This document shows, one piece after another, positions 25,585 to 38,806 of a stretch of 64,000 nt of DNA. The notes under the pieces were generated by a model. It searched no databases, was not told the origin of the DNA, and saw only the letters and a list, made by a program, of their open reading frames with translations. Positions within the stretch are counted from its first letter, which is position 1; every line of letters starts with the position of its first letter. The stretch spans positions 71,922,001 to 71,986,000 of the forward strand of contig NW_024704742.1 in NCBI RefSeq assembly GCF_018977255.1. Direction: 5' to 3'. A program made the position numbers and the translations under genes. The stretch comes from Callorhinchus milii. Taxonomy: Eukaryota.

Positions 25585-27717
25585 GTAAGACAGACTCTGT
25601 ATAAGAAACCCCAGTTCGGATCCATGTCCCTGACTGTCTAATGCCTTGGTACGTCCTCCCAATGTGAATAGTGCTATACAAATGTAATTTTGTATTGCAT
25701 TGTGGATTGAGTGATTACATTTTTCGGGGGGTGAGTGGGCGGGGATTATTTACCTGTGCTTCACTCAGCGATCTGCCAATTGACTAAATGTATAAGTATT
25801 TAAAACACATTTAATCGGCTGTGTGTGTATGACTGATTTTAGTGGTTAGTGAGATGCCCCTGAGTTTTCCTCCTGTCCCTGTCTGATCGTTCTCTCTCTC
25901 TCCTTACAGATTTCTCTCTCTGTAAACCTCCCTTGCTCTCCACCCTCAAATGCAAGGCTGGCAAGTCTAAGCGAGTGAGAACCATCTTCACTCAGGAACA
26001 ACTCTCCCGTTTGGAGAAGGAATTTGCTCGGCAGCAGTACATGGTGGGAACAGAGAGATACCTCCTGGCTTCAGCCCTGAACCTGAGTGAAGCACAGGTA
26101 AATAATCCCCTCCAAACACCCCCACCCCACCCCACCACCCCCAGTCTTCACTTTAACCCAGGAAGATTTGAGTTTATATAGCACCTTATCACGTCTTCGA
26201 AATGCCTCAAAGCACTTCACAGAATATACTGTGAAGCACTTTGAGACGTCTCAATGGTGTGATAAGGCACTATGTCAAATACAAGGACTGTTATTATTAA
26301 GATGTCATAAACGGTACAGAGGGGGACGAAGCTCAGGGATGCAGAATTTCTCATGGTCTTAAGCTTAAGGCCCATTTCCTTAAAATCTTCTGTATCACAG
26401 AATATGTTTGAATATTCTCAGATCCTGTCTTTATTTTGAAGCCTTTTTTTCTCACAATCTTCCAAAATTCCACACAATGTTAACATTTAAATTGATAGGG
26501 ACCTTAAGTAAAAGACCAAGAGGAAATTCAAGGCCGGAAACAAGGGCTGGTGAACAAACAGTTCAGATAACAATAATAATAATAATCTTCGAATTTGACA
26601 TGGGGTGCGTTGCATTGTCGGAAGCACCGTCCTTTGGATGAGATGTTAACCGAGGTCCCATTTGCCTGGTCAAGTGGATGTTAGAGATTCTGTGGTGCTG
26701 TTTGAAAAGAGAAGGGAGTTTCTCTCTCCTGGTGTCCTGGTCAACAATCCCCCAAATGAAATTGGTCACTTACACCACAACTGCTTGTCGGACACTATTG
26801 TGCGCAACTGGCTGCCGCATTTGGCCCACAAAATGCACAGTGACTGGACTTTATAATATACCCTGTGAAGCACTTTGAGGCGTCTTGATGATGTGATAAG
26901 GTGCTATGTCAAATGGAAGAATTATTATTATTAAAAGGGCGCTTTATCAAATGCAAGAATTATGATTAATAATATCATTGTGGATTCACCATAAAGCACT
27001 GAATAAGAATATTGTGGATGAGTTTACTTTTTCTCAGTTCTGTTCTTCCAGTGTTTCCTAATAATAATGATCATAATAAACCTTACATTTGATATAGCGC
27101 CATATCACATCTTTGAGACATTTCAAAGAGCTTCCAGAATATACTATAAAGTGAATTGAATATTTTGTGGGTGAAACACAGCAGCCAATTATGCAGAGCA
27201 GTGTCCCACAAACAGTCGTGGATTGAGTGACCACATTTTTGTTTGAAGGGATTATTACCCCCTGGAAAGTAATCCAGCAATCGACTAATCGACTACTGCT
27301 CGGCAAACAGAGGGGTGTGGAGTAAGAAAACTTGCCTACAGTTTTGCCCCAACCCGGAATCGAACCCGGGTCCTATCGCTTACGAGATGAGTTCTCTAAC
27401 CACTACACGAGAGGACTCCACAAAATGATATTAGAAAAAGAGTGAGATTGGAATGGAAGGGCTCGGGGAAGGGATAGCCTTGGTGTCAGTTAATGATGAG
27501 AATTCTCTAACCCGAACAGGTGAAGGTGTGGTTTCAGAACCGCAGGATCAAGTGGAGGAAGCAGAGCCTGGAGCAGCAGCAGGCCAAGCTGGCTAAACTG
27601 GGGCTGGTGTGTCGTCAGCCCAGCCCCGACTCCCAGTACAGCGAGCAGGAGGAGGGGGCCAGGCTGGAGGGCCGAGGAACCAACCAGGAGGACGACTCAG
27701 GCCCCGGGAGCCCCTGA
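25245..27717 (+). CDS. noto: Notochord homeobox protein (Not class, floating head/Not2-like), 3 exons: 25245-25584, 25910-26097, 27520-27717; 241 aa
   Basis: Homeodomain [59 protein letters not shown], followed by the Not-typical [15 protein letters not shown]-terminal eh1 motif FSIDSLL at 25365-25385. GT-AG introns of phase 1 and 0 give 726 nt in frame. Start context aaccATGc. Neighbour of smyd5, as for NOTO in tetrapods. Confidence 0.95.
25910..26097 (+). CDS. noto: noto exon 2 (homeodomain helices 1-2)
   Basis: Polypyrimidine tract plus TTACAG acceptor; donor CAG|GTAAAT; 188 nt. Confidence 0.95.
27520..27717 (+). CDS. noto: noto exon 3 (helix 3, [14 protein letters not shown], to stop)
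   Basis: AACAG|GTG acceptor; TGA ends at 27717. Confidence 0.95.
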   Translation: MKVWFQNRRIKWRKQSLEQQQAKLAKLGLVCRQPSPDSQYSEQEEGARLEGRGTNQEDDSGPGSP

Positions 27718-30700
27718 GCATCTTAATACTATACTGAACCATGTTTGGACAAATACACAGTCACCACACTTGTCAGAGCCTTGGGACATCCTTCCAACGT
27801 GAAAGGCACTATACAAATGTAATTTCTTGTTGTTGTTCTGAAGCTCTGCCCTAAGAAAGGCGCTGTGACTGATACGAGGAGTATTATTATTATATTATGA
27901 ACATTTTATATTAAATACAAGTTTATTATTTATTCATCACATGGTCGTCCATTTTCTTTTTGCTTATGTTATTTTCATTGGTCCCATCCTCCTTGGGAAT
28001 AGAGTTCGATTTGAAGACAAAACAGCTGAGACTAGGGGGAATTCTGGGACCTCTGATTTCTATGTTGTGTCTATCTTGTCTTCCGATAAATTTTTATTTA
28101 TTAAAGGTTCTGGGTTTCTTGTGTAGTCCCGTCAAGTAGTGGTTAGAGCATTCACCTTGCAAGTGAAAGGACCTGGGCAGGGCAAAACCTTAGACAAGTT
28201 TCCTTACTCCACATGCCTCTGTTTACCTAGCAGCAAGGAGGAACCTGCTTGTTAGTCAATTGGTGGATCACTTTTTGGGGGTAATAATCCCTCCCACAAA
28301 AAATAATAATGATTTTGTCACCAATCTCCCTACCAACCTGCCCGCTCGCTCCGCTCAGCAGGCTCCAGCCTGCTTCACATCTCCCGCCTCACTCGCTCCA
28401 TCATTGGCAGGCAGGCCTTCAGCCACTCTGCCCCCACCCTCTGGAACTCCATCCGCACACCCTCCGCCTTGCCCCCTCCCTTGCCTCCTTCAGGACGCAT
28501 CTCAAGACCCTCCTCTTTGATTGTGCCTGTGATCACCCTTCTTCCCCCTTGCCCTCCACCCGCCCCGATCACGACCCCCAGCTTGGATCACTGGATCACT
28601 AAACACTGATTGTCCAGGACCTTGGTATGTCCTCCTGATGAGAAAGGCACTATACAAATGTAATTTTGTTATTGTTGTTGTTGCATTGTTGGAGGTATCT
28701 ATTAGTTGAGATGTTAGACTGAGGTCCCTTCTAACAATAACAAGATTACATTTGTATAGCGCCTTTCACGTCAGAAGGACATCCCAAGGTGCCTGTTTGT
28801 GGATGTTAAAGAGAAGGGAGTTACTCCCGGTGTTCTGGCTAACAATTCTCCCCCATTCCCCACCAATAAATAATATTTCAGGCACATAAGAAACTTCCCT
28901 TTCCACTCACTTCCAATGGCCCAAACCCCTTCTGTTTGTATTTTGTAGAATTCCAGTGGTCAGAATATTCTCAATATTTTTTATAATAATGATAAATAAT
29001 CCTTGCATTTGATATAGCGCTTTTCACATCTTCAAGACATCTCAAAGCGCTTTACAGAATATACTGTAAAGTAAATTGACTATATATTTGTGGGCAAAAC
29101 GCGGCAGCCAATTGCACACAATAGTGTCCCACAAACAGTCGTGGATTGAAAATGACCAATTTATTATTGTTTTGTTTTGGAGGGATTATTATTAGGCGTG
29201 TGGAGTAAGGAAACTTGCCCAAGGTTTCACCCTGCCTGGAATTGAACCCAGGTGTCTCACTTGCAAGGTGAGTGCTCTAACCACTGAGCTACAGGACTTC
29301 ACTTTTGGGGTGTCAGGGTGTCTGACACACACACAGAAACCCATCCCCAGGCTTAAGAGTATCCAAACCAAGTGAGAATTCCATGCATCCCACCTACACG
29401 TGGAAATCCCAGAGAGATAGATTGTTGAAATGGAATGTGCACTCTCTCCCTGAAGGGAAGCATCCTGTTTATCTAATTCAGGAAAGTATTAGGCGCAGGT
29501 TGGCAAGAGCCAAGGCCCGGGGACACGAGAGTGTGCATTGGGGTAACTGTTGGAGTCTAACCAACTAAAACCACATAGCTTGCCATTGAGAGACTGCCTG
29601 GCAAGCTTTCCCACTGCTCGACCACCCTACCCTTGCAGGGTTAACAGGAGCTATTCTCAATAATAGGGATCGAGAACTTCAGTGGAATTCTCCACAGAAA
29701 CAGAAGCTTGCCAATTACCTGATGTTTAATCGCTGTAGACCTTGGGATGTCCTCCCAACGTGAAAGGCACTATACAAATGTAATTTTGTATTGTATTGTA
29801 GACCTCAGAGCCTCACTCACAGCTGTGAGGCCTGCCTTGTGTTTGAACATCCCTCTGTTTGGTGTGATGCCTCAGTGTGCCTGCATGCGCAGTCACTGAG
29901 GTGTGGGATCAGAGCTTGGGAACTGGATTGTTTACTCTTCAACTTGTGATGGAAAACTACCAGCGCCATTCTCAATCCAAATAAAATAAGCTTTACATTA
30001 AAATCTCCTTTCTGATCCAGCCCTCTGCGGCTGTCATAACACACAAACATTCCTTCCAGTCAATCCACTTCACAATATATTCTGTTAAACACTTTGAGAC
30101 ATCTCAATAACTTGATTAGACACTAAATCAAATGCAAGGATTATTATTAAAATTTGTTGGAAATATTATAGAATCATAGGGCAATCTAGGCTGGCCCTCT
30201 GGGCGGTAGAAACGCTATCCTTTTGACTAGACGTTAAACTGAGATCCCGTCTGAGCCTGTTCAGGTGGATGTTAGAGATCCTGCGGTGCCATTCGAAAAG
30301 AGAAGTGAGTTTCGCGCTCTCTCCAGTTTCCTGGCAAACAATCCCCAGATAAAATTATTTGTTCACTCTGCGCACAATTGGCAGCAGTGTTTTTCCCCAC
30401 AAAATATACTGTCAATTTTCTATGAAGTGCTTTGTGATGTCCAACGATGTGATAAGGCGCTACATCAAATACAAGGATTATTATAATATATTATTTGATA
30501 TGTTTTCCTGTGATAAAGCACAATACCAAATGCAAAAATAAATATTATTTTTATTATTAGTATTTTTGCTAGTTAGTTGTTTCCGTTGGGACTTACTCGC
30601 ACTCATTCTCCACGGTGTGGTGGGCGGCTATTTGTTGGACACTGCTGTGGGCAATTGGCTGCCATGTTTCGCCCACAAAATACACTGTCAATCCACTTTG

Positions 30701-31775
30701 CAGTATATTCTGTGAAGCGCTTTGAGAAGTCTCGACTACATTATAAGGCCAATGCAAGGATTATTATTATTAGTTGACACTTATTATAATAGCGTATTCG
30801 TCCTCTGCCCCAAAGTGACCTGCAAACCTTGTACCAAACTTGTAACAAAAGCCGCTGTGTAAATACAAGTCATTTAGTGAAGTCGATTATGTATCGCTGT
30901 GTCCTGTAGAGGGGAATTATTAATAGATTTAATTCACTGTCGAGGAAAAAAAATGCACAAAGTGATGTCTCTTTTGAACCAGTGTAGCGGTGGTTGTCTA
31001 ACACTGCTTCGCTGTGGGGGGTGGGGGATAATGTGATTACATGGAGCTTTGGAAATAACAGAGCAAAGTCACTGACCCATCCAAGCATGCCAGAGCCAGT
31101 CTCCCAAATCCAGGGAGCCAGTCGGCTATCTGTTACCAACAAGCTCCCTGATGGAATATCTGGGCTCTAATCACCTCTCCTCTTTGTTTTCCTGATGACC
31201 AGCCTTTATTAAGGAAAGCTCTGATTTAACCCCTCGCTGGGCTGTGGGAACCTGAGTCACGAGGCTGACCCCCACCCCTGCTTGAGTCGGGTTGGGTATC
31301 CATCTGCTGCCAGGAGACAGTGGACACACTGTTCTCCTCCCATCGCAGCACGGAGAACGAGCACAAACCAGACCCACCAAAACCAGCAAAATAACAATAA
31401 TCAAAATAAGAATCATTCACCATGTCAAAACATCTCAAATAATCTATAATAATAATCCCTTCATTAGATTTAGTGCCTTGTTACACCTAACTGCGCTTTC
31501 ACAGGATATACTGTAAAGTGAATTAACAGTGTATTTTGTGGGCAACATGCGGCAGCCAATTGCATACAGCAGTGTCCCACAAACAGCCGTGGATTGAGTG
31601 TGCAAATTTTTTTTAGATCTGGCCAATTTTTGGCCAGGACACCAGGAGAGGAACTCCCTTCTCTTTACGAATATCGTCACATGATCTTTAACGTACACCT
31701 GAACAGACATGGTTTAATGTCTCATCTGAAAGATGGATTTCCTTGCTTTCTGTTTCTTCAATTCTTCCTTTCTTC

Positions 31776-31814
<39 letters not shown>

Positions 31815-33197
31815 TCGCAAGGTGAAATGCTGGGTATGTGGAAGTAGCATGAATTCATCAACTGCTGTGCCAATTGGCTGCCGTGTTTCGCCCACAAAAT
31901 ACACAGTCACTCCACTTTATAGTATATTCTGTGAAGCGCTTTGAGACTTCTCAATGACATGATAAGGTGTTATATCAAATGCAAGGATTACTCGAATTAT
32001 TGTATGTTCCCTTGGCTTGAATCTCACATCCCATGGATAAAGCAGAATGACACCCTTCCCCGCCCTGTCTTCCACCCCCCACCCCCTCCCTCGCTACCAA
32101 TCCTTAATTCCCGAAGATGAAGACACAGATAAAACGATCAGCATCCGAGCCTGTGACTGCGCCCGGCGGGGAGGTGGGGAAGGGAGGAGGAGGGAGCAAA
32201 CCCTGGTGCCGTTGCTGATCCCTTCAGTCTCTGTGCTTTTATTCCCAGCTTAAACCAGCAATTTGCCCTGTTGCGGCTCAGGTGATTTGGCTGCAGACGA
32301 AACGTTCCAGTGTAGGAGCTCCCCAGTCACTGGGACCTTTAATCTGACTGCCCTCTGCGGGAGACTAGTCCCATTCTCCTTCAATTAGCTCCATCCTGTT
32401 TGAACTCACTGTTCTCTTTGTTATGGTCCCTGTGCCGTGCCTACTCCTGCACTCACCCAGTCACTCATCTCCCTCCCTCTTACAAGTTTGTTACAAGTTT
32501 TGCAGTTTTTGGGAAGAGGACAAATACGTTTTTATAAAAAGTATCAAATGCAAATTTTTTTAAATTTATTGTTTAGATCAGATGCAGTGCCTTATCATGA
32601 CACCAAAATGTCTCAAAGCGCTTCACGGGATTTTACTCTCACGTGCGGTGACTGTGTGTTTTTGTAGCCAAATGTGTTGGGGTGTGTACTGCAAACTCAC
32701 GATCACCTCGTGAGGCATCCCATAGCATAATTTAGCGTGCTCACCTTACAAGCGAGAGGACTGGGGTTCAATTCCCAAGTGGAGTGAAACTTTGGGCAAG
32801 GTTCCTTACTCCACACACCTGTTTACCCAGCAGTAAGTTGGAACCTGGTTGTTAGCGGATTTGCGGGTCACTTTCCGGGGGTAATAACGCCTCAAAAAAA
32901 ATTGGTCGCTGTTTATGGTGTTATATCCACAACGGTTTGTGGGATACTGCTGTGCGCAATTGGCTACTGCATTTCCCCCGTACAATCCAAAACTCTGCAG
33001 CTTGTGTCCTCTCCCGCACCAGGCTCCCTATCACCTCCACCCTTGCCCGGCTCCCTTCCCTTGCCTCCTTCAAGGTCCAAGTTCCTGTTTGACCATTTCC
33101 ACAGGGAAATGTGTATTCCATGTATAGGTGGCGTAAATATGTGGAACTCTCAGTCTGGTTTGGATTCTCTTAAGCACAGTGATGTGTTTTTACATGG

Positions 33198-33690
33198 GTC
33201 AGACACCCGGCTGATCACGGCAATGGGTTTCCATGTGTGTCAGACACCCGGCTGATCACGGCAATGGGTTTCCATGTGTGTCAGACACCGGGCTGATCAC
33301 GGCAATGGGTTTCCATGTGTGTCAGACACCGGGCTGATCATGGCAATGGGTTTCCATGTGTGTCAGACACCCGGCTGATCACGGCAATGGGTTTCCATGT
33401 GTGTCAGACACCGGGCTGATCACGGCAATGGGTTTCCATGTGTGTCAGACACCCGGCTGATCACGGCAATGGGTTTCCATGTGTGTCAGACACCGGGCTG
33501 ATCACGGCAATGGGTTTCCATGTGTGTCAGACACCGGGCTGATCATGGCAATGGGTTTCCATGTGTGTCAGACACCGGGCTGATCATGGCAATGGGTTTC
33601 CATGTGTGTCAGACACCCGGCTGATCACGGCAATGGGTTTCCATGTGTGTCAGACACCGGGCTGATCACGGTGATGGGTATTCGCATGGG
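33198..33690 (+). repeat. Tandem array, 41-bp unit, about 12 copies
   Basis: GTCAGACACCCGGCTGATCACGGCAATGGGTTTCCATGTGT starts every 41 nt from 33198 to 33649, with no spacers. Confidence 0.95.
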
Positions 33691-34040
33691 TCCCTGTTCC
33701 CCTGTTTTCCTGTGTTGCTAATTCAGACTGTAAATACACAAACTGGCCCTCCCCACCCCCACCCCAGCGCGGCGATGCTGGAGTGGAACGTTAAGGTATT
33801 ATTAGGTGATTGTCTTAAATAATGAGGCCCCCCACCCATGGCCACATCTTAATGACACTTTGCTCTCCATTAGCAGCTGCTAATCTGTCACATCCTGTGC
33901 CTGCTCTCAGCTTCCCACAGCAGTCTGACAGTCAGCACACACACACATACACACACGCTTGCTCGCTTGGTCACTTGCTCTCAAATGCTGCTGCAGAAAA
34001 CAGACAAAATAAAATTCGATTTTATATTGCATCAAATTTG

Positions 34041-34440
34041 GTGTCGGTCTGGCTCAGGCAACAGCACTCCCGCCTCCGAGTCAGGAGGTTGTGAGTTCAA
34101 ACTGCACATCGGGGACTTTGAGCTCACAGTCCAGGCTGACACTCCAGTGCAGGGGAGGGGGGAGCATTGCGTTTTCAGACATACTGTCCATTCGAGAGAT
34201 ATTAAAACGAGCTCCCTGTCAGTGCCTGTCCAGGTGAATGTTAAAGATCCCGCGGTGCTGTTGGAAAAGAGAAGGGAGTTTCTGCCTCCCGGTGTCCCGG
34301 ACGATAATCTCCAGATAAAATCAGTCATTCACTTCATGGCTGTTAGTGGGGAGATTGCTGTTCGCAAATTGGCTGCTGTGTTTGCTCACAAAACACACGG
34401 TTGTTGCATTCACAGTATAAATCCTGTGCTTTGAGACATT
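34041..34440 (+). mobile_element. SINE family B, DeuSINE-like (SacSINE1-like), near full-length
   Basis: tRNA-like head, CAGGCTGACACTCCAGTGCAG, Deu-like block TTAAAGATCCC...CCGGTGTCC. Other copies at about 3370-3620+, 6530-7270 (cluster), 9700-9945-, 13345-13995+, 20055-20260+, 21110-21605, 26600-26930+, 36305-36570-, 37555-37958-, 46635-46960+, 58095-58290- and 62080-62290+. Confidence 0.82.
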
Positions 34441-35023
34441 TTTATTCTATTCTATTTTATAATCTATTGGAAAAAGAAGGGAGTTTCTTTCTCCTGGTGT
34501 CCTGGCCAACAATCACCCAAATAAAATTGGTCACTTACTCATTTGTTTCATGGCTATTTGTGAGACGTTGTTCATGAGACATTGTACTAAATGTAAAGAT
34601 TATTATTATTATTTTGACGATGTGGTAAGGTCTGTGTGTGTGTGTGTGTGTGGAGGGAGGGGGGGTGGGGAGGAGAAAGCGACTGAGCTCTTTCAGAGCC
34701 AGGACAGGTACGTTGAGCCGAATAGCCTGTTTCCTTGTTGTAAATCTGTGGCGTGCTGTACCGGATCATTACCATTGAAAAGTTACAACTTAATTTAACA
34801 TCATTGGTGTCAATTAAAGGGCTGTGAAGCCTTTGTGCCTGTGCTGCTTGTCCCAAGCTTTGCTCCCTGTGTGGCCAGAGACCAAACAATGGTAGGAAAT
34901 CTTTTATACTCCAGTCCCAGGTCCCAGACGGCCACAGTTGCTTTGTGGCTTTTATCTCTCATTCACTTTCATGGTTGTTTGTGGGGATGTCGCTGTGTAC
35001 AAATTGGTTTCCGCGTTCACCTG

Positions 35024-35705
35024 CAGGGTGTGCATAAGAACATAAGAATTGCTAGACGAAAGAAGAACAAGGTCCACCCAGCTGGCCTTTCACCATCCTA
35101 GCAGTCACATAACATGTTGTGTCACAAATTATATACTGTATCCCGAGATTTTATTTCATAACAGAAATCTATCTAATTTGCTTTGGGAAGAATTAACACT
35201 TTCTGCTTCCACTGCCTCTCCCTAGGGAGCCTGTTTCATACATTTACTACTCACTCACTGAAGTAGTGGTTCCACAGATTTATTTTGAATTTACCACCCT
35301 ACAATCGCAGGCCGTGTCCTTTGCTTCTACTGCTTCTCCTGTTCAGTAAAAGGTGAAACAGCTTATCGTGGTTTACATTAGTCCCCTGTTTTTTTTACAA
35401 TTAATTTCTTATTTTCGTTTGCGGTTGAGTCGAGCGTAACAGTGTCTGACACCAGTAACGTCCTCCTCACTCCATCCATGTTACTGAAGGTGTCACCGAA
35501 CATGGAGACGGATCATTATCTGCCATGAAAATGATGGCGCTCACTCACACCGATCCTCTGGACGTCTAAATCCAGTTAAACACTTGTACTGACTACAATT
35601 AAGTACTTTTAAATACAATTGTTATCATTCTTCCACATGTTTAAGTCGTTGGTCAGTGCACTGTAGAAAAAGAACATTGGATAACAGGACTTTGTGAACA
35701 CCCTG
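35024..35705 (+). mobile_element. Second copy of the Tc1/mariner derivative, interrupted by CR1 and inserted in a SINE
   Basis: CAGGGTG...CACCCTG|TA ends; internal reading RTWRRIIICHENDGAH..TDPLDV then stop. Confidence 0.78.
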
Positions 35706-36588
35706 TACAAACACACAGTCACCACACTTGAGAAAAACTCTGTGAAACTCTGAGGAGGTTTAAAATTATACACACTGTATCAAACACAAGGGGTTTTATT
35801 AAAATCTTTATCAGGTGAATCATGTTAGCCAAAATTCACTTAATCTTAGTCTCATGTTCCTATGTCTCTTAAACAAGGGTAATAATCCCTCCTTTTAAAA
35901 AAAATTTGGTCCTACAATCCATGTCTTTTGTGGGACACTGCTGTGCGCAATTGACTGCCATGTTTCACCCACAAAATACACTGTCAATGCATTCAATTTA
36001 AATATATTCTGTGAAGGACGTTGAGATGTCTCAACAATGTGATAAGGTGCTATGTCAAATGCAAAGATTATTATTTATTATTTTAACCTTGTTTTGCCTT
36101 AATATTTAAAGTCCCACAGAATTGTGGAGTGATCCTGAACCCAGCCCTGGTTTGAAAACCATGTTTTCTTCAACTCCTAGATTCAGACTGGATTTATACC
36201 TTTCTCGTAGTGCTGTGTTAGGTTAAATTCTCAGATAATAATGGTCTCGCAGGATAAGACTCGGCAGAGGGAGGGTGGAACCGGGTCAGGATATTTAATA
36301 TTTTATTTGGGTGATTGTTGCCAGGACACTGGGAGAGAGAAACTCCCTTCTCTTTTCCAATAGCACCGCGGGATTGTTAACATTCACCTGAAAAGCAGAG
36401 GGGACCTTGGTTTAATGTCATATCCGAAGGATGGCGCCTCTGACAATGCTATGCTCTCTCTTCCCCCAGCACTGCACTGCACTGGAATTTCAGTCTGGAC
36501 TGCGAGCTAAAGGGCCCAATGTGGGGCCATAACATACAATGTTCTGCCTCAGAAACAAGAGTGCTACCAACTGAAGAAAAAAAGAGAG

Positions 36589-36629
<41 letters not shown>

Positions 36630-37554
36630 AATAAAGAAAAGAGAAAGAAACAAAGAAAGTAAGAAAGAGGGGAAAAAAAGAGAAAAAGTAAGAGAGAGAA
36701 AAAAAGAAAGAAGGGAAGAAAGAAAAGAGAAATTGGAAGGAAGGAAGGAAGGAAGTGGGAAGGGGGGGGAGGAGGAAAAAAAGAGAAAGAAAGGAGAAAA
36801 AGAGAAAGTTTTATAGCACGTTATCACGTCAAAAGATCTCAAAGACTTCACGGTAATCAATATAAAGTGTAGCGACTAATTTTGTAGGCAAACTGACACC
36901 TACCTCCTGGGAGCTAAGCAGTGTGGGTGGGGGATGGAAGTCAGTTTCTCTCTATCCTGCTGTTCTTTATCTCTCTGCGGGAGGTGGAGAGAGATAAAAA
37001 GCAGCAAGATAGAGAGAAATTGTGAGTGAATGGTTGCCCTATGTTACTGTTGACAGCTTCGCTTGTCCCTGTTTGAGTGGTACCTGGAGGAGAGGTGACA
37101 CTTTTCTCAGCTTGTTAGCAAAGTGAAAGTTCAGGGAGTGACTTGTGTGCTCAGCGCTAATGAGAAGCATGATGAGTAATTGACTGGTTTAATCTGGGAC
37201 AAAGCGGGGCAGCAGGCAGAGCGTGAACCCCAAGGGGGGTATCAAAGGCTGGCTTGTCCCACTCGCTTGTTACATCTCAGAGGTCATTATAACAATCTGA
37301 AACTCTCTGTGTTGTGTGCTCACACATACACTGGCTAGTCACGATAATAATAATAATCCTTGCATTTGATATAGTGCCTTACCATGTCGTTGAGACTTCT
37401 CAAAGTGTGACACTGCTGTGGGCAACTGGCTACCGTGTTTCACCCACAAAATACTCAATCACTGCACTTTACAGTATATCTTGTGAAGCGCTTTGAGATG
37501 TCTCAACGATGTGATAAGGTGCTACATCAAATGCGAGCATTATTATTATTATCA

Positions 37555-37958
37555 TCGAAATATCTCAAAGGCTACACAGGATTTACTGTAAGGTTTCTGA
37601 CTGTATTTTGTAGGGAAATGCGGCAGACACTTTATGCACAGCACTGTCCCACAAACACCCATGGAGCGAGTGACCAATATTATCTGGGGGATTGTTGGCC
37701 AGGTCACCAGGAGAGAGAAAATCCCTTCTCTTTTTCAATAGCACCACAGGATTTTTAATGTCCAGCTGAACAGGGTGCAGACATGTTGGATCAACATCTC
37801 ATCTGAAGGAAAGCGTCTCTGACAATGCAGCACTCTCTCTCCCCAACACTGAGCTGGAGTGTCAGCCTGGACTGTGAGCTCAGAGTCCACAATTTGGGGC
37901 TTGAACCCACAACCTCCTGACTGACTCAGATACAAGTACTTTCAACTGAGCCAGGCTG
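37555..37958 (-). mobile_element. SINE family B, DeuSINE-like, near full-length
   Basis: Reverse complement starts CAGCCTGGCTCAGTTG...GGTTGTGGGTTCAAGCCCC and carries the Deu-like block. Confidence 0.82.
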
Positions 37959-38634
37959 GTTAATCACATTGTTAAAAAAAATCAAAGCGCTTTCCCAGGA
38001 TTTGTTGTACAGTGTAGTACAGCAAAGATCCCACATGTGAGCACACAACACAGTACAGTGACTTTGTGGGTGAACATGGCAGCCAATTTGCACACAAACA
38101 TCCCACAAACAGCCATGAAGCCAATTTTTTAAGGACTGCAGAAAACAGCTTCAAATTAAGGCTGAATTTCTGAGAGGGGGAGGGCGGGCAGGCGGTCAGA
38201 ATTCTGTGCTGTCTAAAATTTTAAATAATGGTCTCAGCCTAAGACTGGTGGAATTTTTCTCTCTTTCATCCTTCCTACCTTCCCTTCTTCATAAACTATA
38301 ATAATATAATAATCCTTGTATTTAATATATCTTATTGCCTTATCTTATTGTTGAGACATCTCAAAATGTTTCACAGAATATATTGAAAAGTGGATGGACT
38401 GTATATTTTGTGGGTGAATCGTGGCAGCCAATTGTGCACAGCAGCGTCCCACAAACAGCCATGGAGTGAGTGACCGATTTTATTTGGTGTTTTGTTGGCC
38501 AGGACACCAAGAAAGAGAAACTCCCTTCTCATTTTGAATAGCGCCGCGGGATCTTTAACATCCACCTGAACAGGTAGACGGGAACTCGACTCATCCAAAG
38601 GACAGATTTCTTTGCTCTCTGTTTCTTCAATCCC

Positions 38635-38806
<172 letters not shown>

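Noticed and set aside
29820..29975. Orphan promoter-like motifs (TGCATGCGCA, AAACTAC)
   Set aside because: Only partial NRF1/ZNF143-like matches, with no CpG island or downstream exon.
33198..33690. CRISPR-like regular array
   Set aside because: Units are head-to-tail with no unique spacers, no cas genes are present, and the context is vertebrate.
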